Part shown: piece by piece, positions 46,190 through 55,771 of the stretch | Layout: each line of letters starts with the position of its first letter | How positions within the stretch are numbered: the first letter of the stretch is position 1 | From: Nitrosopumilus sp. | GTDB lineage: Archaea > Thermoproteota > Nitrososphaeria > Nitrososphaerales > Nitrosopumilaceae | Assembly: GCA_965238275.1 (NCBI GenBank) | Contig: OZ250186.1 | Location: 1,248,001-1,312,000 of the forward strand | DNA: 64,000 nt | Reading direction: 5' to 3' | The notes under the pieces: model-generated | Told to the model about the DNA's origin: nothing | Databases searched by the model: none | The model's input: the letters and a program-made list of their open reading frames with translations, nothing else | Made by a program: the position numbers and the translations under genes

Positions 46190-47203
46190 ATGAAAACCCG
46201 TCTTCTTGCAGGAGCGGCCGGGGTGACAGCCCTGATTGCGTTGGGGATTGGACTCGGCTCCGGCAATACCGTACACGAGGAGAGAATTCGAATTGCATAC
46301 TTTCCCAATATTGGGCATGCCGTTCCAATAGTGGGGGTGGAGAACGGACTCTTTGAGGGTGCAATAGGAAATATGACTAAGATCGAGACACGCGTCTTTG
46401 ACAGCGGCCCGCAGGCAGTAGAATCTCTGTTTGCCGGCTCAGTCGATGTGGCGTATGTGGGACCGGGCCCTGCCATCAACGGGTTCCTCAACTCTGAGAA
46501 CGGGAACGTAAAGATTCTTGCCGGTGCTGCAAGCGGCGGGGCAAGCTTTGTCGTACACCCGGACTCCGAGATTGGCCTGGCATCAGACTTTGCAGGAAAA
46601 AGGATTGCAGCGCCGCCCATCGGAAACACGCAGGACGTGTCCCTGCGCCATTATCTGTCTGAGAACGGTCTGAAGCCGGCAGATAAGGGGGGCTCTGTGA
46701 TCGTCTACAACATTCCCAATCCTGACATCTATACGCTGTTTGTAAAGGGCGACGTGGACGGTGCCTGGGTGGCAGAACCATGGGCCACAATACTGGAGAC
46801 TGAGCTTGGCGGCAAGAGACTCTTCCAAGAGGAGACACTCTGGCCCGGAAACGAGTTTGCATCCGTCCTCCTTATAGGAAACACGGATTACATTGCACAG
46901 AATCCAGAGACTGCGGCAGGACTTTTGCAGGCGCACCATGAGGCGGTGGAATGGATCAATGCAAACCCCGTCCAGACCAGAACCACATTCAACGGATTTC
47001 TTGACTCGTATCTGGGAGAGCCGCTGCCTGACGACGTAGTCGATACTGCACTCTCCAACCTTCTGATTACCTCCGATCCGAAACGGGACTCCGTGCTATC
47101 CTTTGCCCAGAAGGCAGACTCCCTGGGATATCTGGGAAGGAGCGGATACGACCTGTCTGGAATCTTTTACGGCGACGGACAATTTGTGGAGGATGATACA
47201 TAG
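46190..47203 (+). CDS. Sulfonate/nitrate/taurine-type ABC transporter substrate-binding protein (SsuA-like)
   Basis: Motifs VAYVGPGPA, GNTQD and AWVAEPW; operon with ATPase and permease. Confidence 0.88.
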   Translation: MKTRLLAGAAGVTALIALGIGLGSGNTVHEERIRIAYFPNIGHAVPIVGVENGLFEGAIGNMTKIETRVFDSGPQAVESLFAGSVDVAYVGPGPAINGFLNSENGNVKILAGAASGGASFVVHPDSEIGLASDFAGKRIAAPPIGNTQDVSLRHYLSENGLKPADKGGSVIVYNIPNPDIYTLFVKGDVDGAWVAEPWATILETELGGKRLFQEETLWPGNEFASVLLIGNTDYIAQNPETAAGLLQAHHEAVEWINANPVQTRTTFNGFLDSYLGEPLPDDVVDTALSNLLITSDPKRDSVLSFAQKADSLGYLGRSGYDLSGIFYGDGQFVEDDT

Positions 47204-47968
47204 TTGGCCAAGCTTGAAGCACGGGAAATTGTCAAGTATTTCAGCCACGACTCCCACAGGCTCAAGGCCCTTGGCGGAATCAACCTGAGTGTCGATGCCG
47301 GCGACTTTGTATGTCTGGTGGGGCCGTCCGGATGCGGCAAGTCCACATTCCTGCGAATAGTAGCCGGACTTGAGGATCCTGACGGCGGACAGATAATCTT
47401 TGACGGCCGTCCCGTCACCGGCACCGGGCCTGAAAGGATCATAGTGTTCCAGGAGGGCGCGCTGTTTCCATGGCTCAAGGTTCAAGACAACGTGGAGTTC
47501 GGACTGAAGATGGCAGGAATTCCCTCCGAAGAGAGGGCAAAGATATCCCACAGGTACCTGGACATGATGCAGCTGACCAAATTTGCAGACTCGTACACGT
47601 ACCAGCTCTCGACTGGAATGAAGCAGCGTGTCGCAATTGCCAGGGCGCTTGTAATGGATCCGGACGTGTTGCTGATGGACGAGCCGTTTGCCGCCCTTGA
47701 TGCGCAGACGCGCGACCTTCTGCTAGTCGAGATGCAGCTAATCTGGGAGAAGACAAAGAAGACAATTCTGTTTGTCACGCACAATGTGGCAGAGGCCACA
47801 GTCCTTGGTACAAAAGTGGCCGTATTCAGCAACCGTCCGTCTGTAATCAAAAAGGAGTTCCGCAACGACTTTCCACGGCCGCGTGTCACAGAGGACGAGT
47901 CGCTGCTCCAGTTCCAGCAGGACATCCTGGCAGAACTCCGGCCGGAGGTCAAGAAGAGCATCAGGTGA
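47204..47968 (+). CDS. ABC transporter ATP-binding protein (SsuB/TauB-like)
   Basis: Motifs GPSGCGKST, LSTGMKQRVAIARAL and MDEPFAALD. Confidence 0.93.
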   Translation: MAKLEAREIVKYFSHDSHRLKALGGINLSVDAGDFVCLVGPSGCGKSTFLRIVAGLEDPDGGQIIFDGRPVTGTGPERIIVFQEGALFPWLKVQDNVEFGLKMAGIPSEERAKISHRYLDMMQLTKFADSYTYQLSTGMKQRVAIARALVMDPDVLLMDEPFAALDAQTRDLLLVEMQLIWEKTKKTILFVTHNVAEATVLGTKVAVFSNRPSVIKKEFRNDFPRPRVTEDESLLQFQQDILAELRPEVKKSIR

Positions 47969-47975
47969 GTGTGTG

Positions 47976-48734
47976 GTGGGCAAAAACTTTGTACCTCACA
48001 GGGTGGCATTCTATGTCGGAATCATTGTGGTGTGGCAGGTCACTGCAATGGCAGGCGTCTGGCCCGAGAACATCTTTCCGTCTCCGTATCAGGTGGCCGA
48101 GGATCTTGCGTATGGTGCAGCCGACGGCAGCCTGTTTTACGGAATCGCGACCAGCATGTGGCGGCTGATGGTGGGACTTGGACTTGCAATCGCCGGCGGT
48201 ATCATCCTGGGAGTATTCATGGCACGTGTCGAGGCAGTCAATCAGACCATAGGATCCTTGGTCCTGGGACTTCAGTCGATCCCGTCAGTTGCCTGGGTTC
48301 CTCTTGCAATACTGTGGTTCGGGCTAAACGATGCGGGGATCATATTTGTCACTGCAATCGGGGCAGTCTTTGCCGTAACCATCAACACATACACCGGCGT
48401 CAAGAACATAGATCCGCACTTTATCGAGGCTGCAAGAAACATGGGCGCAAAGGGAAGCCAGCTGATTACTGCCGTCCTGATCCCGGCCGCATTCCCCTAC
48501 ATGATATCCGGATTCAAGCAGGGATGGGCCTTTGCGTGGAGGGGGGTGATTGGCGCAGAGCTGCTGTTCTCGTACCTGGGACTGGGATTCCTGCTCAATG
48601 CGGGCCGTTCCCTCAACGACGTATCCCAGGTGATTGCAATAATGCTGGTGATAATGGGAATCGGCCTTGCAGTGGACGGCGTCGTCTTCAAGAGGCTTGA
48701 ACACAAGGTCATGTCAAGGTGGGGCCTGCGCTGA
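47976..48734 (+). CDS. ABC transporter permease (SsuC/TauC-like)
   Basis: Multi-TM protein with IPSVAWVPLAILWFG and an EAA loop (IEAARNMGA). Confidence 0.92.
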   Translation: MGKNFVPHRVAFYVGIIVVWQVTAMAGVWPENIFPSPYQVAEDLAYGAADGSLFYGIATSMWRLMVGLGLAIAGGIILGVFMARVEAVNQTIGSLVLGLQSIPSVAWVPLAILWFGLNDAGIIFVTAIGAVFAVTINTYTGVKNIDPHFIEAARNMGAKGSQLITAVLIPAAFPYMISGFKQGWAFAWRGVIGAELLFSYLGLGFLLNAGRSLNDVSQVIAIMLVIMGIGLAVDGVVFKRLEHKVMSRWGLR

Positions 48735-48935
48735 TTCGGACTCTGAATCATGCCATGCCGGATCCAATGACGCAGCAGGCGTCAAACTCTGGCGGAGCAG
48801 TGTGGCCAGTCGATGCCTGCTCAATGCAGAAAGATGCGTGCCTGCGCATCAATTTAGCACATTGCGCATGTTGTCCTGAATTAAGAAGCCATTCTTGAAA
48901 AGAGTTAAACCGTACAGGGGAATCCTGAGATCAGA

Positions 48936-49898
48936 TTGACACAGAAGGAACCATTCCTGGACGCACTGCGTGACAGGATACTGCTCTTTGACGGCGCGAT
49001 GGGAACCGAGATCCAGGGGTATGATCCAAAACCCGAGGACTTTCCGGACTGCAAGGACGGCTTCAACGACGGCCTGATACTGACGCATCCTGAATGGATA
49101 CGGCAGATTCACAAAAGCTACCTGGATGCCGGCGCCGACTGCATCGAGACAAACTCCTTTGGCTCAAACAGGATAAAGCTTGACGAGTACGGGTTCGGCG
49201 ATCAGACGGTGGAATTTAACAAAAGGATCGCACGGCTGGCATCTGACGTGTGCCTGGAGTACCGTGACCGGCCGCGGTATGTGATAGGCTCCATGGGACC
49301 GTCCGGATTTCTTCCAAGCTCAAATGATCCCGATCTGGGATGCAGGCCGCTTGACGAGATAGAGGAGGCGTTCTCCTCCCAGGCAGAGGGGCTGATCCTC
49401 GGGGGCGCAGACGCGCTGTTAATTGAGACCAGCCAGGACATTTTGGAGGTAAAGCTTGCAATTGACGGATGCCACGGGGCAATGAAACGCATTGGCGGCA
49501 GCAGGGTTCCAATCATCGCAAACGTCACCCTGGACCAGTATGGAAAGATGCTGCTTGGCACAACCATACAGGCCGCATACACGACTGTCTCTGACATGGG
49601 AATCGACGTGTTTGGGATGAACTGCTCCACGGGACCCGTCGAGATGACTCCGAGCGTGCGGTGGCTTGACGAGCAGGAGGGCGGGCATGATCTCCTGGTG
49701 GTGCCAAACGCCGGAATGCCCGAAAACGAGGGGGGAATGGCAGTATACAAGATGACTCCTGAGGGAATGGGCCGTGCACTGGGCGACATTCTTGGCAGAA
49801 ACAAAAGGGTGCGAATCATCGGCGGCTGCTGCGGGACAAACCCCGAGCACATCAGGATCCTCCGAGGGGTAATCGATCAAGGCGCCTTCAAGGGTTAA
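48936..49898 (+). CDS. metH: B12-dependent methionine synthase, homocysteine S-methyltransferase domain
   Basis: Motifs FDGAMGT, GMNCSTGP, PNAGMP and IIGGCCGT. Confidence 0.92.
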   Translation: MTQKEPFLDALRDRILLFDGAMGTEIQGYDPKPEDFPDCKDGFNDGLILTHPEWIRQIHKSYLDAGADCIETNSFGSNRIKLDEYGFGDQTVEFNKRIARLASDVCLEYRDRPRYVIGSMGPSGFLPSSNDPDLGCRPLDEIEEAFSSQAEGLILGGADALLIETSQDILEVKLAIDGCHGAMKRIGGSRVPIIANVTLDQYGKMLLGTTIQAAYTTVSDMGIDVFGMNCSTGPVEMTPSVRWLDEQEGGHDLLVVPNAGMPENEGGMAVYKMTPEGMGRALGDILGRNKRVRIIGGCCGTNPEHIRILRGVIDQGAFKG

Positions 49899-49932
49899 GT
49901 ATTTAGAAAAACCCCGATGACATAATACCGTA

Positions 49933-52437
49933 TTGACCGTTCCAAGAGTAAGCTCCGCACTGAAGGCAGTAGACCTGAGACAGGTTCCGCCCCCCATGAT
50001 AATCGGGGAGCGAATCAACACGCAGGGTTCGCGCAAGGCAAAACGCCTCGTACTTGAAGACGACTATGACGGGCTGGTTGACCTGGGCAGGATCCAGGCC
50101 GAGGATGGCGCCCACTGCCTTGACGTGTGCGTTGCAACGACTGAGCGGGCCGACGAACGCCAGTTCATGCTTAACCTTGTCAAGCGGCTGAGCCTGGAGG
50201 TAGACGCCCCGCTCGTGATTGACTCCACCGATCCCGACGTAATCGAGGCATCTGTCCGACAGGTTCCCGGACGGCCGATAATCAATTCAATAAACCTAGA
50301 GGGGGACGGCAGCCGGTTTGCAAGGCTGGCGCCAATAATGGCAAGATACGGGCTGCCTGCAATCGCCCTGTGCATAGGGCCCGAGGGAATGGCAAAGACC
50401 CCGCAGCAGAAGGTGGACACTGCAGGGCTCCTCTACGAGACTGGAAAGGAATACGGACTGGAAATAGGGCAGTTTATCTTTGACGTGCTGACATTCACCC
50501 TGGCCACCGGGCAGGACGAGTTTCTTGACGCGGGGAAAAACACGCTGGAGGGCATACGTCTTGTAAAGGAGAGGTTCCCGGGCTCCTTTACCACGCTTGG
50601 CCTTAGCAATATCAGCTTCGGCCTGTCACCGAATGCCAGAAGGATTCTCAACTCCGTGTTCCTGTACCATGCGGTACGGGCAGGACTTGACAGTGCCATT
50701 GTCAATGCAAGGGAGATACTGCCGTATGCCGAGATTGGCATGAAGGAAAGGGAGATTGCCGAGAACCTCATCTACAACACCCACCCAAACGCCCTCTCTG
50801 ATCTCATATCCCACTTTGAGAATAGGGGGGAGGATGCGCAGAACCGGCAGGGCACGGGAGTGAAAGTCGATCCGTCGTGGCCCCCGGGAAAGCGGGTCAA
50901 CTTCCGGGTAGTCAACAGGCTCAAGGACGGAATCCAAAACGACGTGGTGTCTGCCATTGCCGCAAGAATAGGGCAGGATGCGACGGTGCAGGATGACGGC
51001 CGGACGCTGTCCCTGGATGCGCCGCCTGCAGTCACGCATGAAGGCGCGCTCGGGACGCTCAACGAGGATCTCCTCCCCGCAATGAAGGAGGTCGGGGACA
51101 AATTCGGCGCAGGCGAACTGATCCTGCCGTTTGTCCTCAAGTCTGCCGAATGCATGAAGGCAGCCGTAGGCGAGCTTGAAAAATACCTGGTAAGAAAGGA
51201 GGGGGCAAGCAAGGGCAAGCTGGTCCTGGGGACAGTCTATGGGGACGTTCATGACATTGGAAAGAACCTCGTCAAGACTATATTTCAAAACAACGGCTAT
51301 ACCGTGTATGACCTGGGAAAACAGGTTCCACTGCAAAGATTCCTCGAAGAGATTGACAGGGTCAAGCCTGATGCGATAGGGCTCTCCGCCCTGCTGGTAT
51401 CCACATCAAAGCAGATGAGCCTGTTTGTAGAGCATGCAAGGAATACTGCCATGGCCATTCCCGTCCTGTGCGGGGGCGCTGCAATCAACAGCAACTACAT
51501 CAACAGGATAGCAAAACAGGACGGCATATACGAGCCCGGGGTATTCTACTGCAACACCATGTTTGAGGGGCTCAAGACAATGGACATGCTGGTATCTGAG
51601 AAGAGGCCGGGACTCATGGCAGACTGGAGGGCAAGGCTGGATGCGTGGAGGGAGAGGCCCGTCAAAACAGTCGATCCTGCAAGCATTCCAAGAAGCACCG
51701 TCAGGCCCGTGCCGGCACCTGCCCCAAACAGCATCGGAGAACCGTTCCGGCTCAAGCCCGGCGATATTCCAATGGACGAGGTCTGGAACCTGCTCAACAA
51801 AAAATCCCTCTTCAAGATGTCGTGGGGACTCAGGGGAAAGAAAGGCGCCCTCTCTGAGGTGGACCCGGAACAGCTGCTGGAGCAGTGGAAGGCTAGGATA
51901 TCCGGAGAGAACCTGTTTGAGCCTGAGGCAGTCTATGGATACTTTAGGTGCCACAGCAAGGGAGAGACCCTTACAGTCGACGGCCCGTCAGGAGAAGTGG
52001 AGTTTGTATTTCCACGATCCACGCAGCCCCAGCACCTGTGCCTGGCCGACTATTTTGGGGATGACGACGACGTGGTCGCATTCCAGTCTGTGACTGTCGG
52101 AAACAGGGTATCTGAGGTGATTGACTTGTGGAACAGGCAGGACATGTACACTGATGCATACTATCTGCACGGACTGGCAGTGGAGACTGCAGAGGCGCTT
52201 GCCGACTGGATCAACCAGAAGATAATATCCGAACTCGGCCTGCAGCAGGGCGGCGGCCTCAGATACAGCTGGGGATATCCCAGCTGCCCTGACGTGTCAC
52301 AGCACAATCTGGTGTGGAGTCTGCTGCATCCAGAAGAGTCCGGCATGACGCTCACCGAGTCCGGACAGATAGTCCCGGAGCAGTCCACTGCCGCGATAGT
52401 GGTTTATCATCCCCAGGCACAGTACTTTGTGCTCTAG
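49933..52437 (+). CDS. metH: B12-dependent methionine synthase, pterin-binding, cobalamin-binding and reactivation domains
   Basis: Motifs IIGERIN, GDVHDIGKNLV and RYSWGYPSCPD. Confidence 0.93.
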   Translation: MTVPRVSSALKAVDLRQVPPPMIIGERINTQGSRKAKRLVLEDDYDGLVDLGRIQAEDGAHCLDVCVATTERADERQFMLNLVKRLSLEVDAPLVIDSTDPDVIEASVRQVPGRPIINSINLEGDGSRFARLAPIMARYGLPAIALCIGPEGMAKTPQQKVDTAGLLYETGKEYGLEIGQFIFDVLTFTLATGQDEFLDAGKNTLEGIRLVKERFPGSFTTLGLSNISFGLSPNARRILNSVFLYHAVRAGLDSAIVNAREILPYAEIGMKEREIAENLIYNTHPNALSDLISHFENRGEDAQNRQGTGVKVDPSWPPGKRVNFRVVNRLKDGIQNDVVSAIAARIGQDATVQDDGRTLSLDAPPAVTHEGALGTLNEDLLPAMKEVGDKFGAGELILPFVLKSAECMKAAVGELEKYLVRKEGASKGKLVLGTVYGDVHDIGKNLVKTIFQNNGYTVYDLGKQVPLQRFLEEIDRVKPDAIGLSALLVSTSKQMSLFVEHARNTAMAIPVLCGGAAINSNYINRIAKQDGIYEPGVFYCNTMFEGLKTMDMLVSEKRPGLMADWRARLDAWRERPVKTVDPASIPRSTVRPVPAPAPNSIGEPFRLKPGDIPMDEVWNLLNKKSLFKMSWGLRGKKGALSEVDPEQLLEQWKARISGENLFEPEAVYGYFRCHSKGETLTVDGPSGEVEFVFPRSTQPQHLCLADYFGDDDDVVAFQSVTVGNRVSEVIDLWNRQDMYTDAYYLHGLAVETAEALADWINQKIISELGLQQGGGLRYSWGYPSCPDVSQHNLVWSLLHPEESGMTLTESGQIVPEQSTAAIVVYHPQAQYFVL

Positions 52438-53171
52438 ATCTGGAATTCTTTTAGAAATCCATTGAGGCCTGCAAAATCGTTTGGTGATGTAATCAGGACG
52501 TCCCCTGTAATGTCATGCACCTTGCTTACAAACTCCTCAAACCTTCTGCCGTATGACTCCAGATCCAGATTCAAAAATTCTGCAGACTTTGCATTCTTGG
52601 ATGACGGGTACAGCACTATCGGTATGACCGAGAACCCGTCGAGTATCTTGACAAGATCTTGAACCTGCCCTAGATTATGAACCACCTGCGTCATGAATCC
52701 TTTTGGACGTGCCTTGATCTTCTTGCCAATCTTTGAGGGATCAGGCCTGTTTGGAACCGAAAGATACAGGTCAATCTTATCATCAATACCCTGCTCCCCG
52801 AGTCTCCTTACAGTGTCACTTGGAATCTGTCCCGAGTCGCCTACGCCTGTCTGTGAAGGATCCCCCATCAGAACCAGCACTCCTGTAAATCCCACCGAGA
52901 CATACTCGCCTACGCACTCTGAAATCCTGTCCTGGCTCTTGTCCCTGACCCTCAGGCTGGCAGTTATGGGCATATCCGGAACATCCCTCCTGATCATCCT
53001 CCCTGCATCTATTGGAGGTACCCTGTGATGGCCAAGAACGTCCTCGGTAAGATGTATCGCATCACATCTCTGCGAGATCTCCCTCATCCTGTCCAAAAAT
53101 ACTGCAATCGTATCATCCATGCGGGTCCCGGGAATTATCTTGGGCGGGTTGGCCTCGTATCTGATAGTCAT
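52434..53171 (-). CDS. Methylenetetrahydrofolate reductase-like protein
   Basis: MTHFR-like motifs LRVRDK, LVLMGDP and FMTQ; adjacent to metH. Confidence 0.7.
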   Translation of the reverse strand: MTIRYEANPPKIIPGTRMDDTIAVFLDRMREISQRCDAIHLTEDVLGHHRVPPIDAGRMIRRDVPDMPITASLRVRDKSQDRISECVGEYVSVGFTGVLVLMGDPSQTGVGDSGQIPSDTVRRLGEQGIDDKIDLYLSVPNRPDPSKIGKKIKARPKGFMTQVVHNLGQVQDLVKILDGFSVIPIVLYPSSKNAKSAEFLNLDLESYGRRFEEFVSKVHDITGDVLITSPNDFAGLNGFLKEFQI

Positions 53172-53356
53172 GTTGTCCCTCCTTTCAATCTTGATTAAAA
53201 CCTTTGAGAGGAATCATGTCAAGGTACCGAACCGGGTGCAAACGATGCAATGATGCCTGACTCCGTTTTTGAGTCGGCCGGCTAGCCGATGTCTGTCCAA
53301 TGCCGGATGGAGAGAATACATTCACCCTATTAAGCAGAGTCTTCTGAAGATGAGAT

Positions 53357-53920
53357 ATGATGTTGGATGACATACGATCTGCCCTTTCCAGTCCGATCAC
53401 TCCGAACATAAAGGATGCTGCGGGATGCCGGCTGGCGTCGGTGCTTGTTGTGGTGTATGGACAAGACCCCTCCATAATAATGACCAAAAAGTCCAAACAC
53501 ATGAGGATTCATGCAGGCGAAGTCTCGTTTCCGGGCGGAAAGATGGATGGCGACTCTGATCTTCTGCAGACTGCGCTTCGTGAAACCGGCGAGGAGATCG
53601 GCCTGACCCTTTCAAAGGCTCAGGTGACTGGCCAGCTGGAACCCGTCGTCACCCTAAACTCCGGCTTTTTGATTCTGCCATTCGTATCCGTGGTTGATAA
53701 TATTCCCGCACTCTTGGCAAACTGCGAGGTGGAAGAAATCTTTCACATACCATTGGAGCCATTACTGCAGACTGTCGCAGTCGACCCGGATCCGTCCCAC
53801 AACATCACTGAGACGATGTACACGTTTCAGTATCAAGACCATGTCGTGTGGGGCGCCTCGGCCCGAATACTCAAACAGATTCAAACCCAAATCTTAGCTT
53901 CATTTAAAAAGAGCTCATAG
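53357..53920 (+). CDS. NUDIX hydrolase (CoA pyrophosphatase-like)
   Basis: HAGEVSFPGG...ALRETGEEIG and VWGASA. Confidence 0.9.
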   Translation: MMLDDIRSALSSPITPNIKDAAGCRLASVLVVVYGQDPSIIMTKKSKHMRIHAGEVSFPGGKMDGDSDLLQTALRETGEEIGLTLSKAQVTGQLEPVVTLNSGFLILPFVSVVDNIPALLANCEVEEIFHIPLEPLLQTVAVDPDPSHNITETMYTFQYQDHVVWGASARILKQIQTQILASFKKSS

Positions 53921-53932
53921 TGGTAATTTTTC

Positions 53933-54091
53933 ATGGCTGCACGCAAGTCTTCCCCAAGAAAGATACGTCTTTTAAAAAAGACCAAGCAGACATCTCCTGT
54001 GCCGGCTTGGATAATCCTCAAGACAAAAAGAGGCGTCAGAACAAACCCAAAGCGCAGGGCTTGGAGATCGACTGATGTCGAGGTGGGATAG
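53933..54091 (+). CDS. rpl39e: 50S ribosomal protein L39e (not in the ORF track)
   Basis: MAARKSSPRKIRLLKKTKQTSPVPAWIILKTKRGVRTNPKRRAWR. Confidence 0.95.
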   Translation: MAARKSSPRKIRLLKKTKQTSPVPAWIILKTKRGVRTNPKRRAWRSTDVEVG

Positions 54092-54535
54092 ATGTCCGAG
54101 GAGTCAGAAAGAGTATACACAATTAACCTAGGCAAGGTACTGCTCTCACAGTCACAACACAGGGCCGTCAGGGCAATCAACATGATCAGGGAGTTTGCAC
54201 GTCACCACATGAAAGTGCAGGAGATTAAAATCGAGGAGGAACTGGCCCAATTGATCTGGGCGAGGGGTGTTCGAAGACCGCCAAGAAAGGTAAGGGTCAG
54301 AATGAGTACAACTGATGATGGCTACATACTTGTCTCTGCATATGATGAGGAACTTGAAGCCAGGCTGTCCCCGGAAAAGCAGGATTCAAAGAAATCGCCA
54401 GAACCTGCAGACGAGCCACCTGCCACCACGGAACCTGCCAACACCGAGCCGTCTGATGCAACAAATCCTACTACTACTACTACTACTGACAAGTCCGAGA
54501 CCCTTGATGGGCTACATACTTGTCTCTGCATATGA
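54092..54535 (+). CDS. rpl31e: 50S ribosomal protein L31e with low-complexity C-terminal tail
   Basis: ERVYTINL...RA..RA...IREFARHHMK...IWARG...PPRKVRV. Confidence 0.95.
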   Translation: MSEESERVYTINLGKVLLSQSQHRAVRAINMIREFARHHMKVQEIKIEEELAQLIWARGVRRPPRKVRVRMSTTDDGYILVSAYDEELEARLSPEKQDSKKSPEPADEPPATTEPANTEPSDATNPTTTTTTDKSETLDGLHTCLCI

Positions 54536-54552
54536 TGAGGAACTTGAAGCCA
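54320..54552 (+). repeat. 43-bp perfect direct repeat (54320-54362 and 54510-54552)
   Basis: ggctacatacttgtctctgcatatgatgaggaacttgaagcca occurs twice. Confidence 0.95.
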
Positions 54553-54745
54553 AATCGCCATGCGTGAATACCGGCCAGAACGCCGTGCAGGTGCTCAGGC
54601 AGGCCGTCCCTGATAAAAAGTCATGATAAAAAGTCATAACCTGCATCCCTACACGCGACCAATCCTGGGATGAATTTGATACAACACAGTCAGTGAGAAA
54701 TCACGCACGTTGTAAATATGGCAAAGACCTGTTGGGGGTGAAAAC

Positions 54746-55696
54746 CTACTCCAGTTGGTACAGATCCAGTTTGCAGTCTATGCTGCAATCCGGCATGTCC
54801 CAGTCAAGCGTATCCTCCTGTGGAATAACTCCCAGCGGATCATACTTGTCAAATTTTGTCATGCCCTGCACCGAGGACAGCATGACTACCCTGGATTCAT
54901 CAGTAGACGACATTACCTCTATTTGGGAGTCATCCTCGTTTACAATCCCGCCTGCCAGGCTTGTAATTGATCCCAACACGCCTACGGGGATGTTCTCCCC
55001 CCCTACGACATACAGCATGGAGCGTTTGACTGCGCTTGGTGACGTGTTTCCATAAAGCATCTTCAGCGAATCCCTGAGGGATTCCTCAATGTCCTGTCCG
55101 TGCCTGCCGGTCGTAAGGATGCTTGTCTCTGATGGCATCTCGGTGGATCTGAGTGATCTTATCACGTGCCTGATTGCCGAGTTTGCAATTTCATAGCATG
55201 ACTTGGGGCTCAGATCCGGATTGCTTTCAAGCAAGGAATCGTTGTCAAGGACAATCGTGCACTGGGAATTCTTCCTGACCCTCTTCAGGGACACCCCCGA
55301 ATCAAAAATCCTGTCCTTTTCATACTTGAACGGCATGACTGCAAAAGAGATCAGTTCCTTGCCTGACTCTTTGCATATCTGGGATACGACAGGTGCCATG
55401 GCAGCACCCGCCTTTCCAGCCATGTTGCTCATCATAACGACTGTGGAATAGCCTGCAATTTCGGATCTTATCTGGTCTGCCATCTTGTATGCCGATCCCC
55501 TGATCAGCCTGACAGACGGATTGATTACTGAATCTGTCGAAACATGAATGGACTGGCCGTCCTGGGCAAAGTCCCTGACATCGTTGCTGATTATCAGACA
55601 GTCTGAACCCAGCGTATCTCCTGCGTCCGTGGCTAGTTTTGATCCCACCCCGCCTATTCCAATGACCAGAGTCGGTTTTCTCATCTGCAGGCTCAT
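54746..55696 (-). CDS. ftsZ: Divergent FtsZ/tubulin-like protein of the thaumarchaeal type
   Basis: VIGIGGVG, degenerate signature MAGKAG, MPFKYE and IVLDNDSL. Confidence 0.8.
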   Translation of the reverse strand: MSLQMRKPTLVIGIGGVGSKLATDAGDTLGSDCLIISNDVRDFAQDGQSIHVSTDSVINPSVRLIRGSAYKMADQIRSEIAGYSTVVMMSNMAGKAGAAMAPVVSQICKESGKELISFAVMPFKYEKDRIFDSGVSLKRVRKNSQCTIVLDNDSLLESNPDLSPKSCYEIANSAIRHVIRSLRSTEMPSETSILTTGRHGQDIEESLRDSLKMLYGNTSPSAVKRSMLYVVGGENIPVGVLGSITSLAGGIVNEDDSQIEVMSSTDESRVVMLSSVQGMTKFDKYDPLGVIPQEDTLDWDMPDCSIDCKLDLYQLE

Positions 55697-55771
55697 CTGG
55701 TTTCTATTTGCAGGTTAGATAAAAAACCTTCTTACATTTTTTTGGTTAGATTTTGAATCTAAAAAATTTAG

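Noticed and set aside
46057-46629. 190-aa N-terminal extension of ArgG
   Set aside because: It overlaps the divergent ABC binding-protein gene, and homology starts at MAKKG (46056).
48936-52437. Split metH as a novelty or pseudogene
   Set aside because: Both ORFs are intact at a domain boundary with their own starts. The split is, to my knowledge, normal in this lineage.
54746-55696. Degenerate GTP-binding signature in FtsZ
   Set aside because: This is a known feature of thaumarchaeal FtsZ homologs.
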